This document shows, one piece after another, positions 9,906 to 18,371 of a DNA stretch of 64,000 nt. Numbering within the stretch: the first letter of the stretch is position 1; each line of letters starts with the position of its first letter. This DNA is from Thermoproteota archaeon (GTDB lineage: Archaea > Thermoproteota > Thermoprotei_A > Sulfolobales > Ignisphaeraceae): contig JAUQPB010000001.1 in NCBI GenBank assembly GCA_030550585.1, positions 160,001 to 224,000 on the forward strand. The letters run 5' to 3'. Both the position numbers and the translations under genes were made by a program. A model generated the notes under the pieces. It saw only the letters and a program-made list of their open reading frames with translations, did not search any database and was not told the origin of the DNA.

Positions 9906-10622
9906 ATGTCAGAAAAAAGTGAGAGAAGCTTAGGCTATGAAGAGAAACTGGCAATAGTAAAGATTCTCAAGGCTTTAAACAAATTCTACAGCTTAAGGGA
10001 TCTTGAACAGATATTCGATGTTCCATTTCAGAGTCTGTGGAAATATGTAAATCTGATAGGGCTGCCTAGCGAAGAGGTTGTTGAAAACATCCATACCAAG
10101 TTGGTACATCTTAAAATAGCTGATGAAATTCTGCTCAACGAGGCGAAGAAGCTTAGAGCAAGCCCCTACATGCTTGCTATAAACACTGGTTTCCTAGAAC
10201 TCTATGTCCTGAAAATAGTAGAGGCTTTGAAGAATAGCGATATAGATATTGTGGTTTCGTTATCACAAGAAGCCTCGAACCTTGCAACACTATTAAGCAT
10301 TGAAATTGGTGCTGATCTATGCACACCACTACCCAACGAAAATTTGAATCCTGAGTTTGTAAAGGTTATCACATACTATTCCGATATACATAAAAAAATG
10401 GAGATGTTGATATACCCAAAACACTGTATAAAGGAAGATAAGAATGTGTTTCTATCAGACTTAACTCTTACAGATTTAGACAAATTCGAAGCTATTAATG
10501 CATTTATTAAATCGCGAAATAGCAGGGTTCTAGGCATATCCACAGTCTATATATCGAAGAATGTTCTCGACAAAATATCTTCACACGACATAAAAATTGT
10601 TTATTATATAGATGTTCTATAG
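9906..10622 (+). CDS. HTH plus degenerate phosphoribosyltransferase-fold protein (PurR-like regulator)
   Basis: N-terminal HTH (YSLRDLEQIFDVPFQSLWKY...LPS) and a PRT-like C-domain with a degenerate PRPP loop (VFLSDLTLTDLDK). Confidence 0.6.
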   Translation: MSEKSERSLGYEEKLAIVKILKALNKFYSLRDLEQIFDVPFQSLWKYVNLIGLPSEEVVENIHTKLVHLKIADEILLNEAKKLRASPYMLAINTGFLELYVLKIVEALKNSDIDIVVSLSQEASNLATLLSIEIGADLCTPLPNENLNPEFVKVITYYSDIHKKMEMLIYPKHCIKEDKNVFLSDLTLTDLDKFEAINAFIKSRNSRVLGISTVYISKNVLDKISSHDIKIVYYIDVL

Positions 10623-10734
10623 AGCTCAACTACGCAGAAACTATTTTATCACACTAGGTGGGTGTATTAGCAGTCTATGCTACAAAAATTTAAGTTTCCA
10701 ACATATATGTGAATAGTTAACTGGGTGATATAAC

Positions 10735-10794
10735 ATGTCGAAGAAGCCTGAGAAGAAAGAAGAGAAAAAAGAGGCAAAGAAAGGCAAGAAGTAG
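10735..10794 (+). CDS. Putative 19-aa Lys/Glu-rich micropeptide MSKKPEKKEEKKEAKKGKK
   Basis: BRE/TATA AAAAATTTAAG at 10684-10694, SD GGGTGA at 10723-10728, ATG 10735, TAG 10792-10794, T-tract downstream. Confidence 0.6.
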   Translation: MSKKPEKKEEKKEAKKGKK

Positions 10795-10820
10795 CTACAT
10801 GCTTTGAAATCATATTCAAA

Positions 10821-10839
10821 TTCTTTTTCTTTTTTATTT
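10821..10839 (+). terminator. Oligo-T archaeal terminator after the micropeptide ORF
   Basis: TTCTTTTTCTTTTTTATTT between convergent genes. Confidence 0.5.
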
Positions 10840-10843
10840 GCCT

Positions 10844-11245
10844 TTATTGGTTCTCTTCCTGAAGCTCGATAAGCGGATCGCCAACATTTACAAAAGACCC
10901 TTTCGAAGTAAAAATCCTTCTGACAACACCTTTCCTAGGTGAAACAACTTCTATCTCCATCTTCATGGACTCTAGCACTGCTATAACATCACCTTCCTTG
11001 ACATAGTCCCCCTCTTTAACAAATATGTCTACAACTTTTCCAGGAATTTCAGCTGATATAAGGAATCCGGCCGGCTTTTGAATTGTTTTGGGAGGTGTGC
11101 TAGATATTGTATAGCTTTTTCTCGCTACCTCCACTATATATTCTCTATCATCGATTCGAATCCTATAAACATTTTCTTTCTCTATTGAGACTTGTAGCTC
11201 TATCTCCTTATCCCCATCTCTCACTACTATCTTCTGCCATTGCAT
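10844..11245 (-). CDS. Biotin carboxyl carrier protein
   Basis: AEIPGKVV...EGD...LESMKMEIEVVSP..G biotinyl-Lys motif. Confidence 0.92.
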   Translation of the reverse strand: MQWQKIVVRDGDKEIELQVSIEKENVYRIRIDDREYIVEVARKSYTISSTPPKTIQKPAGFLISAEIPGKVVDIFVKEGDYVKEGDVIAVLESMKMEIEVVSPRKGVVRRIFTSKGSFVNVGDPLIELQEENQ

Positions 11246-11429
11246 AATTTATCAATCCTTATTTAGGTGTTGAGGCGATAAATAAGAGTTATGCTGTCTC
11301 GGTTTGCAGTATCTATAATTTTTGAGCATGTATCTCATGTATCTCTAGAAACATTTTTAAGATTTGTTGTATATGTCAGCAATTTTATATAATGATATTT
11401 TAATAATCTAAAAATGCTGGGGCTATACG

Positions 11430-12995
11430 GTGAGAAGAGTGCTAGACATTGCGGTATTGCCGGATTCGCCAATATATGTTTATGGCGATTCTGCAAAAGT
11501 TGATGTGGTTTTGCATAGCGATACTACTTGTACAGAATTTGATGTGGTTTTTGAAGCGACAGCTATTTTTTCAAGAGGTGAGAAGAGAGTCTATTATGAG
11601 TCTAAGACTTTGAAGGGAGGTGCTGAGCTCTCTATACAATTCATTTTCGAAATTCCTGCTGTGGACTCGCCAGAAGCTGTTCTAAGGTTGTCGGCAAGGG
11701 CTAGAGGATGTGGTGAAGAGTCTTTTGAAAAAGTTGAGCTACCTGTATATGGAGCTGCTAAAAATCTTGTGAACCTGGTTATTGTTTGGCACAATCACCA
11801 GCCACCTAATTATCTACCCAACAAAACGTATTTTGCAGACTATCCATTCAAATGGGTTTGGTACAACCTGTTCGAGCCTTATGCTATTGGAGGGCCCTAC
11901 TACATACATGCTAAAGTCTATGAAATGTTTCCAAAGGTTAAAACAACAGTTCATCTCTCTCCAAGCCTCTTGATCCAGTGGAGAGAGGCTATTGAAAAAG
12001 GATATGTTTTGGAGAGTGGGGAGAAGGTTCTGCCAGGCGATAAAAGAATTGATATGGTAAAAGAGGCTCTGGAAATATATAAGAGGCTTGCGAATCAAGG
12101 TACCATAGAGATTCTGACATCTGTCTATGCCCATACAATACTTGGCTATATCATATACAGATTTGATATGGAAGAGGTTGTTAAAGACGAACTCAGACTG
12201 GGAATAGAGATAACAAAAGAGGTTATGGATATTGAGCCACATGGTGTTTGGACACCTGAAATGGCCTGGCATAACAGGCTTGGCACAATCTATGCCGATC
12301 TAGGGATAGACTACACTGTTTTGTGTGGAAAAAGCCATTTCCCCAAGGCGATCGGGGATAAGGCAACTATATATGAGCCATACGAATTCGTTGATGGGAA
12401 TGGTAAAAGAATTAGAATCCTATTTAGGGATCAGCCAATCAGTGATTTGATAGGTTTTAGAAACAATTTTGTCAATAGAGTTGAGGCTCTAAAAGCGGCT
12501 CTCGACACCATATTAAATGTTGTTAGTAGAAGGGGTTTTGTGACAATTGCTTTGGACGGGGAAAACTGGATGATATTCTCAAAGTATCCCAAGAATACAT
12601 ATCCCTTCTTCATAAACTTCTACAGATATGTTAGTGTGCTACAGGAAAAAGGATTTTTAAAGAGTATGACAGGCTATGAAGCTGTGAAAACTTGTGGTGA
12701 AGGTTGTAGAAAAATTGTTTACATACCAACAAATTCATGGGTAAACGGTTTTCATAAATGGGATGGGGAGTTGAACGAGCAGAAATATATGTGGTTTGAA
12801 ATTGAAAAAGCATATCGCAGGCTCAGACTATATAGGTACATAGTTGGAGATTCTCAAGATATTAGAGCGGCCTACTGGGCTTTGTACCATGCTATAGATA
12901 GTGACTATTGGTGGACAGAGTTCTGGAACCCGAGGGTGATAAAGACTTGGCTTGTAGAGGTTCATAGAATACTTGATAACATCAAGTTTTCATAG
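11430..12995 (+). CDS. GH57 glycoside hydrolase (amylopullulanase-like) with N-terminal beta-rich domain
   Basis: WHNHQP, WTPEMAW (nucleophile), ALDGENW (acid/base), SW, DSDYWW. Confidence 0.9.
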   Translation: MRRVLDIAVLPDSPIYVYGDSAKVDVVLHSDTTCTEFDVVFEATAIFSRGEKRVYYESKTLKGGAELSIQFIFEIPAVDSPEAVLRLSARARGCGEESFEKVELPVYGAAKNLVNLVIVWHNHQPPNYLPNKTYFADYPFKWVWYNLFEPYAIGGPYYIHAKVYEMFPKVKTTVHLSPSLLIQWREAIEKGYVLESGEKVLPGDKRIDMVKEALEIYKRLANQGTIEILTSVYAHTILGYIIYRFDMEEVVKDELRLGIEITKEVMDIEPHGVWTPEMAWHNRLGTIYADLGIDYTVLCGKSHFPKAIGDKATIYEPYEFVDGNGKRIRILFRDQPISDLIGFRNNFVNRVEALKAALDTILNVVSRRGFVTIALDGENWMIFSKYPKNTYPFFINFYRYVSVLQEKGFLKSMTGYEAVKTCGEGCRKIVYIPTNSWVNGFHKWDGELNEQKYMWFEIEKAYRRLRLYRYIVGDSQDIRAAYWALYHAIDSDYWWTEFWNPRVIKTWLVEVHRILDNIKFS

Positions 12996-12998
12996 CCA

Positions 12999-14231
12999 TT
13001 ATCTAATTATCATGTTTTCGATGTACACACCGCTTGGAATCTCTCTATGGGGCCACACCTTCACATTTCTAAGCGTTGCTCCATCGCCTATAACAGTGTC
13101 GTCTCCTATTACAGAGTTCTCTATTCTTACATTCTTTCCTATTTTTACATGCCTGCCAATAATGCTATGCTCAATGGTTGTTCCAGAGTCTATTCTGCAT
13201 CTATCCATCACAACACTATAGTTTATTGTGACATTATTGTTGACAACAGTGTAATTGTCTATCACGCTATTCGCTAATGAAATACCTTTTCCTATCTTGA
13301 CGTGCCGACCAATCAAGTTCTCCCCATCCACTTTTATCTCTCCTTTTGATATACTTTGGAGTATCTCTTTATGTAGTTCTTGGGATTCCCTGCTTTTTCC
13401 CTGAACCTTAACGCCTCGTATCAACGTTTTTGCCTCTAGCTCCTCGGGGGGTAGATGCCTAAGCATATAGAAAACTGCTGCTAGATACCTTTCAGGAGTT
13501 CCTATATCGAACCAATAGCCCGTTAGCTCATAGGCGTATACAGGTAGCCCACTCTCTATTGCAAGCGGTATTATATGCTGTCCAAAGTCCATCATACCCC
13601 TTTCTCTATACTCCACAGCCTTTGGCGATGATATAAACTCTCTAAACTCTTTTGACAGTAGATATATACCCGTATTCACATATCTGCTCGGAGCCTCTTC
13701 AACTGATCTCGGCTTCTCAACAAATCTCCTCACCCTCCAATCCTTGTCAATGTCTGCAACTCCAAACTGCCTAATGTCCCTGTCTTCCTCGATAAGCTTA
13801 ACAGCTATGGTCATAAAAGCCTCTTTACTTTTATGCATAGAATAGAAGCTTTTCAAATCTATATCGAATAGCAGATCCCCTTGAGCAACAAGAACATCCT
13901 CTCTAATATCGTAGTACTCCATGATAATCCTAACACTATCAGCATTACCAACACTATCCTCATTAGGCTGATACCTAATCCTAACATCGGGAAAACCATA
14001 CTTAAGCCTAATCTTCAGACCCTCCCCAAAGTAATCATAGACCTCCTTATAATTGAAATACCCGCTCACACCCATGTAGAACTCCGTAACACCCTGACTA
14101 GCAAGCTTAACAATAACAAACTCTATCAAAGGCCTGTTAAGAAATCTAACAACAGCTTTCGAAGTCTCAACGGTTAACGGATACAGCCTGGTACCCAAAC
14201 CACCAAGAGGAAAAATAGCCTTTCTAAGCAT
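12999..14231 (-). CDS. NDP-sugar pyrophosphorylase (glucose-1-phosphate nucleotidyltransferase) with hexapeptide repeats
   Basis: GGLGTRLYPLT, FVEKP, NTGIY, WFDIGTP, left-handed beta-helix C-terminus; adjacent to a GH57 gene. Confidence 0.9.
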   Translation of the reverse strand: MLRKAIFPLGGLGTRLYPLTVETSKAVVRFLNRPLIEFVIVKLASQGVTEFYMGVSGYFNYKEVYDYFGEGLKIRLKYGFPDVRIRYQPNEDSVGNADSVRIIMEYYDIREDVLVAQGDLLFDIDLKSFYSMHKSKEAFMTIAVKLIEEDRDIRQFGVADIDKDWRVRRFVEKPRSVEEAPSRYVNTGIYLLSKEFREFISSPKAVEYRERGMMDFGQHIIPLAIESGLPVYAYELTGYWFDIGTPERYLAAVFYMLRHLPPEELEAKTLIRGVKVQGKSRESQELHKEILQSISKGEIKVDGENLIGRHVKIGKGISLANSVIDNYTVVNNNVTINYSVVMDRCRIDSGTTIEHSIIGRHVKIGKNVRIENSVIGDDTVIGDGATLRNVKVWPHREIPSGVYIENMIIR

Positions 14232-14348
14232 ACACCCACCAAACATAATATGTTCTAACAAAAATAATAAACATTTGCGTCAAAAAATGTAAAATGCGAT
14301 TGATGCAAATTAAAACTGGACATAACACCAAATAACACTACCCCAAAG

Positions 14349-14400
14349 GATCAGACTCGGGTTCTCACATCACAAATCCGACGCGGACCTCTCATCATCG
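14349..14400 (-). ncRNA. Box C/D sRNA
   Basis: Minus strand ATGATGA-GAGGTCCGCGT-CGGA-TTT-GTGATGT-GAGAACCCGAGT-CTGA: C, D', C', D boxes with 11-12 nt GC-rich guides and a TATA-like element about 25 nt upstream. Confidence 0.8.
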
Positions 14401-14574
14401 AAGTGATATTATGCAGCAAAAAGTAAAAAGCTTGCATAAAAAAGACAAAGATCAGTTCTACAGCACAACTATGAAAGTCTCCAGCCTATAAAGTAGGATT
14501 GTTCCACAATAATATCGTGAGGAAAATTTTGTATGCAGTTGTCTTACTGCTTTTCTTCTCTGGCCTGCCACTAA

Positions 14575-15018
14575 CTAGGCTTTGTGTGAAGCCTTCTTGG
14601 CTTTGGCTATAGAGCCTAGGTTAAGCCTTTTACCATTTTTGAATACTATATATTCTCCAGCCTCTGCAACCTCTTCTAGAAGTTTTTCAACAATGTTCTC
14701 TATGTTGATTTCATCGTATAGAGATCTATAGCCTGCAATAAGACCTGCCACAACTGTGCCGGCCCTTGCATTGTCTTTGAGCATGTCGGTGTCCATTACC
14801 ACAATGTCCACGGGTTTGTTCATGTATATGGGTCTTAGGCGCTTGGCTATCTCCAGTTCTAGAAGCTGCTTCTCTTTGATGTCCCCTATCCTGTCCACAA
14901 CAACGAGTATGTCTATGTCTCTACTCTTTAAAGGGTTGTAGATACTGCTACCAAAAATGATGACAGCCTTCATCTTCTTGCCGAAAACATTCAAAACATC
15001 TCTAACTCTGGATAACAC
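14575..15018 (-). CDS. Minimal nucleotidyltransferase (MNT) antitoxin
   Basis: IIFGS...SRDIDILVV...VDIVV motif; overlaps the HEPN gene. Confidence 0.88.
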   Translation of the reverse strand: MLSRVRDVLNVFGKKMKAVIIFGSSIYNPLKSRDIDILVVVDRIGDIKEKQLLELEIAKRLRPIYMNKPVDIVVMDTDMLKDNARAGTVVAGLIAGYRSLYDEINIENIVEKLLEEVAEAGEYIVFKNGKRLNLGSIAKAKKASHKA

Positions 15019-15439
15019 CTCTTCGTCTAAGATACTCTTTCACCACATCCAAAGCTTTTCTAGCCAGCTCAACACCCTTCAAAGCTGTCTCCATGTCTAT
15101 GACATCCTCAGGTCCCAGAACATTTCCTCTTAGAACAAATGGATATCTAGACCTCGTATAATACTCTGTTAAAAACTCGAGAGCTTCGACAATCACGTTG
15201 TACCCCTCCACCCACTCTTTCTCAAAAGCCTCAACAAAAATGCCTACAAGCTCGGGGCCATGATTATAAACAACCTTCTTTCTTGTTTCAAGCATCGCTT
15301 TAACAGCTTTTTCAACACTTTGCTGCGCATAGAAAACGGCTTGGGGATAGTCATTAAATCTAAGAGCTCTCTCAGCCCTTTCAAGATCTTTCACAGCTTC
15401 CTCAAAATACTTTCTAGCGAATTTCTCAAATAGGCTCAT
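15002..15439 (-). CDS. HEPN-domain protein (HEPN-MNT module)
   Basis: A..DL..A...YPQAVFYAQQSVEKAVKA...H...YTRSRYP. Confidence 0.9.
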   Translation of the reverse strand: MSLFEKFARKYFEEAVKDLERAERALRFNDYPQAVFYAQQSVEKAVKAMLETRKKVVYNHGPELVGIFVEAFEKEWVEGYNVIVEALEFLTEYYTRSRYPFVLRGNVLGPEDVIDMETALKGVELARKALDVVKEYLRRRGVIQS

Positions 15440-15551
15440 AGCCTTTTCAATTCCCTTACAAACTCTTGTCAGCTATAAAAGCTTACAACACTCTTTGTAC
15501 AATTCAGACAACTCTAAACAATTTTAGTAACAATAAGAATAGAAACTCGGA

Positions 15552-15995
15552 AACATAGTAACAGAACTAGCTGATGGGTATGACTCGGTTATTGTGTTTG
15601 AGAACTTGAAGAATGTTAGAGAGAATGCTAAGAAGAGCAGAAGCTTCAACAAGAGGGTGCCCCTCTGGTTCTACAGGAGAATACAATTCGCATTTAGAGT
15701 ATAAGGCTCTTGAGAAAGGTTTAGAGGCAGTTCATGCAAGCCCTAGGAAAACCTCATCGAGATGTCCAAGATGTAGAAGCAGCTAATTGAAGCTGAACAC
15801 AGAATTCTGAAGTGCAAGAAGTGTGGCTTCATAGGAGACAGAGACGTTATAGCATGCATAAACCTATTCACTAGATACTCAAGATGTGGGGTGCCCCTGA
15901 ACGCCCCCAAGCCCGATGCAACCCCAAGAAGGGATGCAGGGGGACAAAAATGAGGGGATGACACCAATTAACATCAACCCATATTAGACCTGAAC
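15552..15995 (+). pseudogene. tnpB: Truncated, frameshifted IS200/IS605 TnpB remnant with retained 3' end (omega-RNA region)
   Basis: Three frames read IVFENLKNVRE...LWFYRRIQF / EYKALEKG...PRKTSSRCPRC / RILKCKKCGFIGDRDVIACINL...RCGVPLNAP. RuvC-II E, Zn ribbon and RuvC-III D are present; frameshifts near 15695 and 15781; N-terminus absent; GC-rich tail ends in TGAAC. Confidence 0.88.
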
Positions 15996-16002
15996 CCCAC
16001 GC

Positions 16003-17376
16003 TCATCTCTGCTGTTCTATTGCACTCTTTATCTCTTCGAGGTTCAATATCTCGTTGAATATATCCCTTAGAATGGCGGCTTTCTCTTTTAGCTCTCTCC
16101 TTACATATAGCCTGATTAGCACTGCGAACCTTGGTATGTTGAACCATGTGAAGTCGAATATGCTTTTCTTTGTTATTTGCCCTCCTTCAAACATGACCAT
16201 TACGTCTTCTGATCCGAGCATCGGATTTAGAGATAGCTTGGGTGTGTCTATAAAGAAGTGTTTGTTCTTCTCTATTTCTATGCCTCTGCCCCTCGCCTTC
16301 TCCTCTAATATCGTCTCTATAACGCTCTTTCCCTTGTCCATGTTTTCCACAAGTTCCACGGCATTCTTAGTGTTTGACAGGGGTATTCTATGCTCTGCTA
16401 CTACTTTGTATGGGATTTTCCTTGAGAGGAAGTCCCTCACCTCTTCTAGACTGAATACAGCTGGGTTATACAGAATGCTCTCGTCGTTTAGTTTTATGTA
16501 TTCGCTAACATCTTTTATAGCGCCGTCAAAGTCTATTATCTTTCTATCCTGGATAATTTGCATGATGTTCCCTAGAAACCTGTTTGCAGCTCTAACGGTT
16601 TTGTGGTAGTAGACTGTGGAAAACATGTATACTCTTGTAAGCATTAGAAGCTCGACGGCGTCAAGAGCTCTATAGTCTATTACCACATCGTCTCCTCGGA
16701 TACCCAGGTAATAGGATATTCTTTGCCAGTCTATGTTCCCACCATATCTAGCGCCAGTGTAGTAGGAGTCCCTCAGGAGATAGTCTATGATATCTGCACT
16801 ATATGCACCCTTCAACATGTAGAACAAAGCCTTTTCAGAGCCAGCATCATATATGCTCTCTTTAAAGGGCCAGCAATCCCTATTCTCACATTTCAACGCT
16901 GTTGCAACATCGCTTAGCTTGTATCCATACTCAGAAGCAATTCTCTCTATAGCCGATGCTACCTGCGACTCCTGCAGAACTATCTTCGCTCCCATATCCT
17001 CATGCGTCACTCCTCTAGAGAATAAGACGAACTCTTCGAAAGAATGGCTGTAGGGGCCATGCCCAATGTCGTGCAATATTGCTAGAAGCCTCATCATAAC
17101 AATGTACCTCTTCAAATCGCTTCGACCAACTCTATACTTTCTCATAACATCTCTAACGAGAGCCTCAATAACATGTGCCACCCCAAGACTGTGGCTAAAC
17201 CTTGTATGGGTTGCACCAGGGTAGACAAAATCGGCAACTGAAAGCTGTTTTATCTTCCTAAGCCTTTGATATGCAAAGACATCGATAATGCTAAGCTCGT
17301 GCTCGTAAATCCTTATATATCCGTGTACAGGGTCTTTAACTATCTTATATTTTCCGAGATCCATGTGCATGTACAC
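16003..17376 (-). CDS. HD-superfamily phosphohydrolase, SAMHD1/dNTPase-like (COG1078)
   Basis: DPVHGYI, QRLRKIKQL, YPGATHTRFSHSLG, LHDIGHGPYSH, DIIDYLLRDSY, VYYHKT. Confidence 0.92.
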   Translation of the reverse strand: MYMHMDLGKYKIVKDPVHGYIRIYEHELSIIDVFAYQRLRKIKQLSVADFVYPGATHTRFSHSLGVAHVIEALVRDVMRKYRVGRSDLKRYIVMMRLLAILHDIGHGPYSHSFEEFVLFSRGVTHEDMGAKIVLQESQVASAIERIASEYGYKLSDVATALKCENRDCWPFKESIYDAGSEKALFYMLKGAYSADIIDYLLRDSYYTGARYGGNIDWQRISYYLGIRGDDVVIDYRALDAVELLMLTRVYMFSTVYYHKTVRAANRFLGNIMQIIQDRKIIDFDGAIKDVSEYIKLNDESILYNPAVFSLEEVRDFLSRKIPYKVVAEHRIPLSNTKNAVELVENMDKGKSVIETILEEKARGRGIEIEKNKHFFIDTPKLSLNPMLGSEDVMVMFEGGQITKKSIFDFTWFNIPRFAVLIRLYVRRELKEKAAILRDIFNEILNLEEIKSAIEQQR

Positions 17377-17543
17377 ATACCTTCAACGCCAATGCCACGC
17401 TAGATTTTGCGTTAAAGCAATTAATACACTTATATGAAGAACCCTAAAAATAATGCAATATTGCATCGTTAAGTGCTTTGGGTTTTTGCATAATGTATGT
17501 AAAGTGTTTGACAGTCTCTGGTAGGGGTCGCCACAAATTATAT

Positions 17544-18236
17544 CTATTCTATGCTGTAGACGTTGTTCGTGAGATCTATGCTAACATGAATCAAGGTAGC
17601 AGAATTGCTAAGCAGCTTTCTGTAGTATTTAATTAATTCTTCAACTTCTTCCGCAGTTGGGAAAGGCAAAAATGTAATTGTGCTTCCATCTCCTGCTACA
17701 ACAAATCGTGAAATGTTTAGTATCATCTTCTCTACCTCTCTATAATCCTCTAACACATTGTCCCAGCCATTCAACGGCTTTAAACATGTTAAGACCGCTC
17801 TATCACCCGAAATTTTGCTAACTACGCATTCTACTTCATAGCCTATTTGACTTGCTGAAACAACATCTTCTGGAGATGGTATTGGAATGGGCACTGGGTG
17901 GGTGTGCAAAAATATTCTACCTCTACACACATCTTTGTATTGCTTGTAGAGTCTGCTACTTGGTATCATCCCCTCTGCAAATCTTCCAATGTATATCAGC
18001 GACCCATTATTGCAAAGTGTATAGGCGTCCTCAGCTAGGGCTTCATATGATATGGGCTTCAGTTTGATATCGTCATATACAAACTTTATTGCTTCATCCA
18101 TATACATGTCAATGGCCTTTCTAACTATAGAGCTACTCACAAAAGGTATTTCACTAAAGTTAACTATAGAGGGGGCCTCATAGGCTGTCGAAGCCATTAC
18201 TCCGATGAGCTCGTGGTCTATGATTTCATGTTTCAT
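17544..18236 (-). CDS. JAB/MPN+-like metalloprotein (paralog of 4705-5421)
   Basis: FLHTHPVPIPIPSPEDV motif; likely start ATG 18236 (MKHEIID) resembles the paralog's MKYEKIID. Confidence 0.65.
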   Translation of the reverse strand: MKHEIIDHELIGVMASTAYEAPSIVNFSEIPFVSSSIVRKAIDMYMDEAIKFVYDDIKLKPISYEALAEDAYTLCNNGSLIYIGRFAEGMIPSSRLYKQYKDVCRGRIFLHTHPVPIPIPSPEDVVSASQIGYEVECVVSKISGDRAVLTCLKPLNGWDNVLEDYREVEKMILNISRFVVAGDGSTITFLPFPTAEEVEELIKYYRKLLSNSATLIHVSIDLTNNVYSIE

Positions 18237-18371
18237 TTTAAATAAACCTGTAGTATTTCCACACAACCTTTCTGTTGTAAGAGTTAAAAAGTTTTTATAG
18301 TACTTAACTTGAGCAATACCAAAAGAATTCGTTTGGAACATCTAAATACTGTTCAATAATAGCTAGTTGAG

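Noticed and set aside
10647-10663. TATCAC-N5-GTGGGT resembling the Thermococcales TGM operator
   Set aside because: Right half is mismatched, it is a single instance, and it is not in front of the glycolytic or GH57 genes.
15743-15967. 74-aa minus-strand ORF
   Set aside because: Antisense shadow of the tnpB remnant.
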